From Vicugna vicugna (taxonomy: Eukaryota): a DNA stretch of 64,000 bases. A program made the translations under genes and the position numbers. The notes under the pieces were generated by a model. The model made no database searches. It saw nothing but the letters and a program-made list of their open reading frames with translations, and was not told the origin of the DNA. How positions within the stretch are numbered: the first letter of the stretch is position 1; each line of letters begins with the position of its first letter. The stretch covers positions 930,001 to 994,000 of the forward strand of contig MU058289.1 in NCBI GenBank assembly GCA_013265495.1, written 5' to 3'. Positions 1 through 37,633 of the stretch are shown piece by piece.

Positions 1-16
1 ACCCAACTTACCGGGG

Positions 17-7769
<7,753 letters not shown>

Positions 7770-8699
7770 GGCTGCGCTGCGCACGCTGCGCCCCCCTCCC
7801 GGGCCGCCGGTATTAATAGCGGGGCGAGAGGCGGCGGGACCCGGCGGCGCTTAGAATGTCCCCGGGAGCGCGCGGGCGCAGCAGCTGCGGCTCTGGGACC
7901 GGCGAGGGGGGAGGAGGGGGGGCGCGGCCCCCCCGCTCCGGTTACCGCCGGGGGCCCAGCCCCGGGGCCCGGCGTCCGGGCATCCCCGCCGCGCGGGCGG
8001 CGGCCGCTGCTGGGGCTGCTGCGCTGGCGCGCACAGCCGGGCACATCCGCCAGGTGCGCGGACCCCGGCCCCGCTCCGGCTCGGGCGCTCTAGGGCGCGG
8101 GCCGCGGTCTCCTGCGCACTGCAGCGGCGGCGGCGGCCACGGGAGGGAGGAGGGAGAGGGAGGGGGCGGGATGAATCACCGCGGGGGGAGGGCGCGGCTG
8201 CCCAGCCTTTGCCGCAGCGGCCCGGGAGGCGCCCGCTGCACCGGCCTCTCCGGTGGCGCAGGGACCACGGCTTCTGGGGCGTGGGGCGCATGGTCTGGGT
8301 GTGCGACCCCTCCAAGACTCTGGAGACCCCCAGCATCAGAGTCTGGGAAAGTCACCCCCAGAGTCATGAGAGGGCTTGGAGGGTGGTTTGAGGGCCGGGC
8401 TTCGGACTTCAAATTATGGAGGTCATTCTCATGGGATCTCCAGGGAAACTTGGCTGGACCTTCTAAGCGACCTCCCCCTCAGATCCCTGGCACTCTGGCC
8501 TGGAGGTCACTGTGTGGGAACCCAGGTGGGCATGGGGCGGGTAGTGCCAAGCTAGGGTTAAGCCGTAATACTCCAGACCCCTCCCAAACACAAGAGGCAA
8601 CCTGAATCCGAACCAGAGGCTGCTTTGGGGATTTGGGGTGCCATGTTTCAAGACGAGGGTCCTTCACGACCCCCCTTCCCTTTTTGTCTCTGACGTCAT

Positions 8700-9160
8700 C
8701 TACTCCCCTTTCCCCCCCGACTCCCCACTGTTGTCCAGGCCTTTGCTGTTTCCAACACACCAAGCTCATTCCCACCTCGGGGACTTCACCCTTGCTCTTC
8801 TTTGCTTGGACCACTCTTCCCTGAGGTGACCAAAGGGCTCACTTCTTTTCCTCCTGCAGCTCTTGGCTCCAATGTCACCTTCATCAGGCCTTCTGTCCAT
8901 TCAGGGCAAACTGCCTCCGCCATCCCTTACTTGACCTCCTTTACTAGTTTTTTTTTTTTTTCTTTTCCATAGTGGTTGTCACTACCTGACATTATCCTCT
9001 TCTTTACATGGTTTCTCCGTTCACTGCTTGTCTCTGCAACCCTGGAAAATGAGCTTCCCCCAGGTGAGGACATTGTCCTGTGCACTGCTGTGTCTCCAGC
9101 ACCTTCAACTGTGCCTGTCACATTGTAGGTGCTCAATAAACAGTCATCAAATGAATAAAT
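8700..9160 (+). mobile_element. L2 LINE 3' fragment (similar L2 relics near 16.7-17.3, 25.2-25.9, 26.7-27.2, 32.0-32.6 and 60.1-60.6 kb)
   Basis: L2 3' end gtgcctgtcacattgtaggtgctcaataaa...aatgaataaat. Confidence 0.75.
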
Positions 9161-10459
9161 AACTGCCAATGCCAGAGGCCTTCTAAGATGCTGCATCCTC
9201 TTCTACCTCCCCATTCTCAGCAATTTCTGTTATTATCTGCATTTTACAGGCAAGGAAACTGAGGCAGCAGCTGGCCGCAGATGTATCTGGAACACGACCG
9301 GGCAATGGCAGGTGGCTCATCCTATCAATAGATTCTGCTAAATGGAGAGGATGAGGGTGGGCTCTGGGCTGTCAGGACCAGGGTGGGAATGAGAATTGTA
9401 GCTGAGGGTCATTCCTCAGAGGTCCTGACCTCCAGTTCTGGGTGGGGTGAAGTTCTAGAAACCCCCCAGCCCAGCCCTACCAGGCAAGACAAACCAAGGG
9501 TGGAGCTGGCCCCGGGGCGGAGGGACAGGAAGCCAGGGATTCCAAGCCAGGGACACTGGACAACTTTGTGGTCTGGGCCTCTGTGCCAGTACCTCCTGGG
9601 CTGTGAAATTCCCCTGCAGAAAATAACTCTCTGGCTGTTCTGATTCCTCCCTTTCGTAGGGGGGGGGTGGCAGGCAGAGGCACAGTAAGGACAGGCCTCA
9701 GGCACCAGGCAGGGGTACCTAGTGACAGCCCTAAAAACATGTCACTGAGCACCTACTATGGGCTTGGTGCTGTTGTAAGCACATTACTAATACTAACTCA
9801 TTTAATTCTTCCTACAAGGTGGGTATTACCATTATGCCCATTTTACAGGTATGGGAAACTGAGGCTCAGGGTGTGTAATTTGCCATGATCACATAGCTAG
9901 AGGATAGGAGAGGCTGGCTCTGCTCTTTGCCACTTGTGGTCCATCCTGCCCCTGTCCAACCCTTCCTCCAGTCTTCTTCTCCAAACCATCAATTAAGATT
10001 CTTACAGCCCGACTTGGCTCGTCAAAGGTCTTTTTTTTTTTTACCGCTCATTCACTCTGGAACCAGCACAGGGTTTAAGTGAGACCTGTGTTCTACCTCG
10101 ACCAGAGACCGTGCCTCTAGGCCCATTTCCACATCAGTGAGACGGGGTCCAGTTGGCCTCAACCTGGACAGGCTGGTGTGGGGTCCTGAAGGAGGCTCTG
10201 GCATCTAAATGTGGAGATGCCAGGGGCTAGACCCTGCCTCCCTGCTGAGAGGCCCCAGGCATTTAGCTGTTTGTCTCCATCCCATGGAGTCACTGAGAAT
10301 GAAGTGAACATCAGAGCCTGGCACAGAGCCTGGTATGTACTTGGTGCTCACTACATTACTTCTTCCTCAATTTTTCTGCCATTAGAGTAACATTTATGGA
10401 ATACTTTGTCCTGGCCCTGTTTTAAGTAACCACTTTTATTAACTCCTTGAATCCTTATC

Positions 10460-10632
10460 AAGTGGTTTTCAAAGTGGGGTCCCTGGGCACTCAGCATCAC
10501 CTGGGAACCTGTTGGAAGCACAGAATCTCCACCCACCCTAGATGTGCTAAGACAGAAACTGAGGGTGGGGTTCGGCAGTCTGCTTTGTAAAGAGCCCTCC
10601 AGGAGATTCTGATGCAGCTAAAGTTCGAGAAC
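10460..10632. mobile_element. MER5-type hAT-Charlie DNA transposon relic
   Basis: agtggttttcaaagt...gccctccaggagattctgatgca...gttcgagaac. Confidence 0.75.
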
Positions 10633-10985
10633 GACTCACTTCTAACAACCCTGGGAGACAAGCGCTGTTCTAATGCTCATTGTGCAGAAGAGGAAACTGA
10701 AGCTCAGAAGGGTTGACCTGCTCCGGGCAACATGGCTGCCAAGTTATCAGAAGGAGGACTGAACCCAAGCCATTGGCCACCAGGCTGTCCTCAGAGACCC
10801 CACACTGGCACCCGATGGCGCAAGGCTTGTGAAAGATGCTGGGGAATTCCAGGTTGTGTCAGTGACCGTGGCCCCAGAAAATGAACCCTCTTCCCGACCA
10901 CGGCGGGAACTGAGGGCAACAGGAGGCTCCCACCTGCTCCCCCGGGCCCCGCAGCCACAGCCACAGCCACAGCCATTTCCAACCC

Positions 10986-10991
10986 TTTATT
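10986..10991 (-). terminator. GRAMD1A polyadenylation signal AATAAA
   Basis: tttatt on +, about 350 nt after the stop codon, followed on - by a GU-rich (TGGCTG)4 tract. Confidence 0.8.
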
Positions 10992-11338
10992 GGGGCCCTG
11001 TCAGCCCCAAATAAATATAATACATTAAACCCAGAGCTGAGGGAATCGTGCACCCTGGGAGGCGCCCCCCACAACCCCAGTCGGGCAAAATAAGTTAGCA
11101 GAGGGCCTGCCGGAGGCCGGGCCAGCTCCCTGGCTGGGCAGGCGATGGCAGCTGGACTCGCACACGCTGGTCTAAAGTGCATCTCGGTTCTGTGGTCCCC
11201 GTGTCTGTGCGGCCCCCTGGCCGGGCCACTGGGAGGGGTGGGCGGGAGGCTCCCGGTGCTCACACCGTGCCAGCAGTGGCCACCGAGCCTCTGTGTCCAT
11301 CTGTCCATTTAGGGGGACGGCCACGTGGCCAGGTGTCC

Positions 11339-30679
<19,341 letters not shown>

Positions 30680-33300
30680 GGATGCGGTGCGGCCGGCGCG
30701 CCCAGCCGCGGGGCAGGGCCGGACCCGGCTGAGCGGGGCTGGGCTGCGCAGAGTGTCCCCGCGGGGCAGCCGCCTCGCCTCGGTCGGCCGCCGCCCCCAC
30801 CCGACCCGGCCGCCCGCCGCGCGCCGCCAGCAGCCCGCACAAAAGGCGGGGGCCGCCGGAGGCCGCGCCGCGGCGTCAGCTCCCCCTTCCTGCCCCCGCC
30901 CCTGCGCGTCACGGCGGCGGGGCCTAGACGGAGAGACTCAGATACCCAGAGGGAGAAGGGACCGGCGGGAGTCGGGGGAGCGGGAGGTGAGGGCGAGAGG
31001 TTGACGGGGCGGGGGGGTGGCCAAGGCGAGGGAGGGCCGGCGGGGACAGAGCGAGGCCCCCAGGAGGGAGAGGCGGGGGGGACGATTAGAGATGGAGGGA
31101 CTGGGGCGCAGCGGCAGGAAGAGCGAGCAGAAATGCAGAGGGCGGCTGGGACGCCAGACACAGGGAGAGAGCAGGAGAGAGGAAGAGAAAAAGAGTGACA
31201 GAGGATCTAAGGCGCGAGACGGAGAAATGAACCGGGGAGGGGGAAAGACAAAGAAAAACAGACTTAATTAAAACAAAACACCGCCATGGCAGCCAGCTGC
31301 CTCGGCACAGGCCCGACCGCTCCCCCGGTACCCGGAAAGGGGTCCTCAGCTCCAGTTAGGCTCCTGGCCGGGCGCTCTCAGCACCCCGACCCCGGGCGGA
31401 ACCTGAGAGGTGGGGCGGAGCTGGGGGTGGGATGGAGATTCGGGGAAACGGAGGTGTTGGGGCTGTAGGTACGCGAGGAACCGCTGCTGGCGGGAAGGGG
31501 GTGGGGCCCTGGGCCGCCTCTCTCTCCCCATCTCTGAGCCCCGCCTGCTGGCCCAAGGAGGTCCCAGTGCCTCGGTCTCTGGGGACCCCTCTCCGTCCCA
31601 GCCTGCGCCTGCCAGACCAAGTTGATTCCAGCCACCCTGGCGCTCACCTCCGGCAAATCACCCCAGTCCTGAGGATACCACTAACTCTGTGGTCAGGGCT
31701 TTCCCACGGGACAGGGAGGGCGGGGGTGGGAGGTGCAGCCCTTTTACAGAAGGGGAAGCCTGGCCTTAAAGATGGGAAGTGACTTGCCGAGGTCGCTGTT
31801 GTTGGCGCAACCCTCCTCTGGCGCGGTAACCCGCACCTATCTCTGCAGTGGCTGCCTGAGTGTGTCAGTGTCCTAGACTCCTTGTCCGGGACAAGAACAA
31901 GAACACAGATACGTGAATCCCACCTCACAGCTCCTGGCCACAGGCGCCCCAGCACAGAGACTGCCTCCCCACCCCTCTCCAGGACAGATTGTTCCTACCT
32001 CTTGAAAACACTCCATTCCCATTGCTCTCCCACCCTTGTACCCCCTCCCTCCAGAGAACCCCATTGACTTCTCCTTTTGGCAGATGGCAGGCTCAACACT
32101 CCAGCCTTTCCTGACCCCTCTCTTTTCCCTCACGCCCACATCCAGGCTCTCAGCAAACCCTGTGCGCTCCACTACAAAGGCTATCCAGCATCTGAACTCC
32201 CTCCCCATCACTGCCCTGGACCACAACACAGCCTCCTCCCTGGTTTCCCAGCTCCTATCCTTCCCTTTACAGTCTGTTCCCTCCACACTGCCAGAGGGGG
32301 CCTGTGAACTGGTGTCAGTTTTGGGGGCACAGAGCCCTCCTGGGGCTCCACTTCACTCCAGCTAAAACTTAGTCCTCCTCTAGGTGCCCAAGGCACCGCT
32401 CTGACTTCTCCGGCTCCCCCTTGCTCACTGTCTGTCTGCTGTTCCTCTAACTGACCAGACACACTCTTGTCCCCAGGCCTTTGCACTTGCTTTCCTTCTG
32501 CAGGAAGCTCTTCCCACAGTTCTTCCCTGGACTGCCACTCACCCTTAGATGTCAGAGGCCCTCCTTTCACCGCCCCCCTCTGGCTCTTGGCTCTCTTTAT
32601 AGTTCTCTTTGCCTGTTCCTTCTTTTGAAATACTTAAAAAGGTTTAATTAGGAAATATTTATTTCAAACAGGAAAAAATACAACAGTCATCTATGTCCCC
32701 CACCAACCATGTACAATAGATGTGGACGTTTTGCCATTTTTGCTTCAGAACCTTCTCCTTTTCTCTTTCCTTTTTTCTTTTTTTTAAGAAATAAATGACT
32801 ATAGTTACAGTCAAAGGCCCAACTCTCCACCCCTCCTTTCTCTGTTCCTGCCCCTCGCGGTACCCACTGCCCTGAAGTGTGTGTTCTTCCCATATACTTT
32901 CCTATCCTTTTTCTGTATCAGGATGCATCCCCTAATAAGATGTCCTGTTGTTCAATGTCTTTTTAAAAGATACATAATTAGGCTCCTACTGTATCATTTT
33001 GCAACCTGCTTTCTCCATCATCATTGTTAATACACAGAGCTTTACTTCATAAACCTTAACTCTAATCGAGTGTTCATTGTGGGAAGAAACCACAATGGAC
33101 ATTTCTATTCAAGGCCAGTGCAGTGAAGTTCTTTCCTCTTTCCCCCGATAGCCTTGAACCCCCCTGTTCCTGTCTCCTTGTGCCAGATGTAGTGTTTCTT
33201 TGCAGAAGTTTTTTTTTTTTTTAAACTTTTCTTTTTTTTGCCCCGGGGGGCTACAGCAGGAAATACCTTTTACATTGGTGTCCAAGTACACACTCAGAAA

Positions 33301-33643
33301 CACGTTCGGCCCTCCATATCTGCAAGTTCCACATCCGTGTACTCAACCAATCAAGGATTGAAAATATATATTTTTTTTAATTCCAAAAAGTTCCAGAAAG
33401 CAAAACTTGAATTTGCTGGCTGGCAACTATTTACATAGTATTTACATTGTATTTACAACCACTTACATAGCATTTATACTGCATTAGGTATTGTAAATAA
33501 TCTAGAGATAAAGTATACAGGGGGATGTGAATAGGTTACATGCAAATATTATGCCATTTTATATAAGGGACTTGAACATCCGTAAATTTTGATATCCGAG
33601 GGGGTCTTGGAACACCCCCATGAATATCGAGGGACAACTGTAT
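33301..33643. mobile_element. Tigger (TcMar) non-autonomous element, MER2/Tigger3-like
   Basis: Inverted termini tcggccctcc...gagggacaactg followed by TA. Confidence 0.75.
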
Positions 33644-34049
33644 ATGTAATGTCACAAAATTTGCAGGAAGCCACTCTTGTTCACTGTCTCATACACTGTA
33701 TCCTGGTTCTAGTTGGAAAAAAGTGCTGATTGGTTTCACGGCCTTTAAATGCGTTATGACCCACAGTTTGAAAAACACAAGGCGGGCTGAAAGGCATTAT
33801 CTACCTCCAGTCTTAGTAAGCAGTGCTCAGCTGAGCTCAGCTGGTTGTCCCAACACATACTCCCAGTTGCAGTTTTTATCTCTGCATCTATTTCACAACT
33901 TCCAGTCAGGCCCCTGCGGGGCTAAGGCCACATTCTAACTGACCTTCAGTGCCCTGTAACCTGGACTGGCCAGACACAGGAACCCCACCTTCGAGTATGA
34001 GTCCTGACAGAGAGAGAACCCCTTCCCCAGTCCACCACCTGGGTCTGAC

Positions 34050-34321
34050 CTGTCCTTGGGCAAACTCTCCGAATCTGAAGTCTGCAGCCGCCGCAGGCGC
34101 TGGGGGGGTGGGGTGCAGGGGGGCGACTCCCCGTCACTGGCTGGTGTTATCTGAATGGAGGGCACCTCCAGGGGTCTCCAGGGCTTAGGGGCCAGGCCCT
34201 CGGCCCTGCCACCCTGTGGCTGCTGGCTCTGCCACTCGGCTGGAGGGACAGGGGAGTCCCGGGCACCGCCATCCTGGGTCAGTGGGGCCACACAGGGTAG
34301 CAGAGGCAGGAGCTCGGCCAT
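34050..34321 (-). CDS. GRAMD1A: Candidate alternative first coding exon of GRAMD1A (long N-terminus; predicted isoform 812 aa)
   Basis: ATG at 34321, open for 272 nt (MAELLPLLPCVAPLTQDGG...EVPSIQITPASDGESPP...ESLPKD) to donor AG|gtcaga. Phase 2, identical to canonical exon 1, so it would join exon 2 in frame. Confidence 0.65.
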
Positions 34322-35679
34322 GGGGAGGGCTCTGCCTGCCCAGCTGGGGGTCTTGGACAGTGATGCGGTCTCTGGAAGAGGGAAAAAGGAAGTAAAGGGG
34401 TGAGTTCTCGTGCAATCCCTGCCCCTCACCACCTCCACCTGCTGCTCCAGCGAGAGGAGAGGTGAGCTGAGGGTCAGAGAGGTCTGGGTGGGATTCCCAC
34501 ATCTGCCAACACCCTCCTAATTGACCCTGAGCCTCAGGTTCCTCTTCTGGAAACAGGAGGTCCTGATGGCGACACCCTAGGGAGGCTGGGCAGCGTCAGG
34601 GAGCCCAGGGCTCGACACAGCAAGTGTTCAGTGAACATCTGTTTATGCCCCGGGGCTGGGATTTATTTTCTCTGAGTATTCACCAAGGCCAAGCCCTGGG
34701 TTTCTGTACACCCTCTACCCTAGCTCCCTTCCCCATGCAGGGCCAGGAAGGAGCCAGGCCTGAGGGGGCCCCAGAGGCCTTGGGCCTGAGTAACGGCTGA
34801 TCAAGCAGAGAAGAGACTCAGAATCCAGGATTTCCCTTCCCTGTTTGCTCAGTAATTACCCCTCCCAAGACAAACAAAAGGAGGGAGCAGACCAGTTCCT
34901 GCGGTTGTGGCTGTGATACTGGAAGCTGCCTGGGTCTGGGGAGATCAGATTAGTGTCTGTTCTCACAGCAGAACATGGCAAAGGCTTCTTGGCACCCAGC
35001 TGCTGGGCGAACAGGGAAGGAGGCCCCGTGGGACCCTAGTTTGGGAAGACCCTGACCCTTACAGGCCAGGCCTGGACCCCAGAGTCCTTCCCAGGCACCC
35101 CGATGCCCCTACCTTACGGCTTCCTCCTCCTCCGTCCTCACAGGCTCTGCTCGGACTTCCAGGGTAAAGGCAAGTGACCAGGCCCTTCTCTCCCCCAGGA
35201 GTCCTGGCTGGGCCAAAGAGTCACGACCTTGCCAGCCAGAATGGCATGTCCGGCTGGAGTCATGTTCCCCTCTGGCCAGCTGTTCCTGGGAAAAGGGACG
35301 GAGTGGGGGTGGAGGACCTTCTTCCCACAGAAGAGGCCCTTCCGTCTTGACCGCCTGATGGAGGAAGGGGCTATGCTCACCCTCAGCTTGTACTGCTCCA
35401 CCTCTCCCGGTGGCCGGCAGCCAGCTGCCATGTAGCTTCTGTCCCCACTCCTCTCCCAGAACTGCTCCTTCAAGCCCAGGGATCACCCCCAGGTGGCCAT
35501 ATCCAAGCCTCCTTCCAGTCCTCATAGAGACCTTAGAGGCGGGGACCTGGGAGAACTCCTTCCTTCTGGGGGGTTCTCGCGGCACTCAAAGGCACCCTGC
35601 TGACAGCTCCACCTCACTTTTGTGCACAGCTCCATCTCCTCCACCTGATCTGTAAAAGCTGGCATTCGCCATGGAGCAG

Positions 35680-37360
35680 TTTTCCAATTTTATTACATAA
35701 CAATATGCAAAAGGCTCCATATCAGGAGTTACCAAGTATATCAATAAAAAGAACCCCATCGCCCGGCTTACCCAGTTTGAGAGCCAGCACATCACTATGA
35801 GTGCCCCGTGACTGCCCAGTCCCACCCCTGCCTCCCTTCCAGAAGTTTCCATCACCCCTCATTTGTCCATTATCATTCCCTCACATCTTAAAAATTTTTT
35901 AAAAAATCAGGTTGGTATGCATTCCTAAGCATTATAATTTTCAGTTTTACTTGCTTTCAAGCTTTCTAAAGTGGGGTCATACCACGTGGCATATCCTATG
36001 ACTTGCTTTTCTCCTTCGGCATTATTTCTGAGATTCGTCCATCATGGAGCAGGAAGTTCCACTCCATCTGTTTTTGCTGCTGCACAATATCCCTTTGTGG
36101 GGCTGACACCACGGTTTGTTTATCCGTTTCTCCTGCTCATGGGCACTGGGGTGTTTCTGGCTCTCTGCTCTGATGAACGGAGCCGCCCTGAATGTTCCTG
36201 GATGTGCCTCTTGGGTAGCTCCTGGGTTAGCCAGCATCCCACCGATCCCCGGGCCGTGGGGGCTCACCTGTGCGGCTGTGTCTCTAAGTGCTCAGGTTGG
36301 TCGCATGGCTTTGTCTCGCCCTGCGTCTGTAAGACACTGCGTCAATTACTTTAACTCTAAAGTAAGTCCTGACATCCGGGGAAGAAAGTCTTTTGATCTT
36401 GTTCCTTTTCCATCAGAGTCAGCTTGGCAAGTTCCAAGGAGGGAAAATCAACCGTGGGAGTTTGTTATGCTCTAGTCAACACCTGGTAGCTTTACAATAC
36501 TGACTTTTCCAAAGTGTCCACATGGGGTCACACTCCATGTATTTAGATATGTTTTAATGTCACTCTCTGAGTGTTTAGGGTTTTTTTCAAAGTCCTGCCT
36601 TGCAAAATGCACGTAACACAAACGTTATTGTCTTAACCATTTTTAAGCGTACAGTTCTGTGGCATCAAGATCATTCACGTTATTCTGAAACCATCACCAC
36701 CATGTGTTTAGGTACTTTTGAAAAACAAATGTTTCTTGTTAAGTTCCATCATGTCTTTTCTTAGACTTTTTTTCCCTTTGGTAGTTTATGTTTTAAAAAG
36801 CTTTTTGTGTGTGTGTGTCACAGATAATACACACAAGAAATGGCATAAAATATAAATGGTTTAATATATGCTTATAAAGGGAACTCTCATGAACCCACCA
36901 CCCAGGTCAAGAAAAAGTATATAATTGCCCAGCCCCCACCCTCCACCAGCCGCCACCGGTGCCTTCCCAGCCAAACCCTCCTCCCCTCCAAAGACCTTCT
37001 TTGTTAATCCTGCCTTCCCTTTTTTTTTTTTTTTTAGCGTTTTGCTACCTGAGCACATGTTCCCCAACACCCGAGTTTAGTTTTGCCTGCTTCTGAATCT
37101 CATATAAATGGAGGAACACACTGTGAAGTCTTTTGTGTTTGGCTTTTTCCACTTAACATTCTGCTTGTGAACCATCCACTTTATTGTGCATGGCTGAAAT
37201 TTGTTCATTTTTCATATCGTATTTTATTCCACTGAGGAAATAAATTGTAGCTTAAATACCACTATTGACTTATCAGTTAGGTCGATGGATATTTGAGGTC
37301 TTCCTAGTTTGGACTGTTAAATATAGTGTTACGGTAAACATTCTCGTACATGTCTCTGTG
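35680..37360 (-). mobile_element. Old L1M fragments
   Basis: Typical L1M 3' UTR phrases in antisense (ttcacgttattctgaaaccatcaccacc; tttttccacttaacatt). Confidence 0.6.
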
Positions 37361-37633
37361 TGTTCCTCTCTGTCACGCATCAAGTATCTTTCCATCCATC
37401 CATCCATCCATACATACATACATACATCCATTGTAGGTGTTTCAGAGCTTCATTGGTCCATTTGTTTATCCCTCTCCAAAAAAACACAACATCCTAATTA
37501 TCATATGTGTGTGTGTGTGTATCTCAAGGCTAGTTGAAAAACCACATATATATTATAAATATGTGCATATATGTATATATATTAATTACATACACGTGTG
37601 TATATATGTAGACAGTACATTGGCTTTTCCTTT

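Noticed and set aside
7856..8605. 249-aa plus-strand ORF at the SCN1B promoter
   Set aside because: CpG-island artefact with no recognisable domain.
35109..35585. 158-aa and 111-aa minus-strand ORFs as coding extensions of GRAMD1A
   Set aside because: The donors at 35118 and 35113 are out of phase with the 34371 acceptor for the long ORF, and the in-phase frames contain stops.
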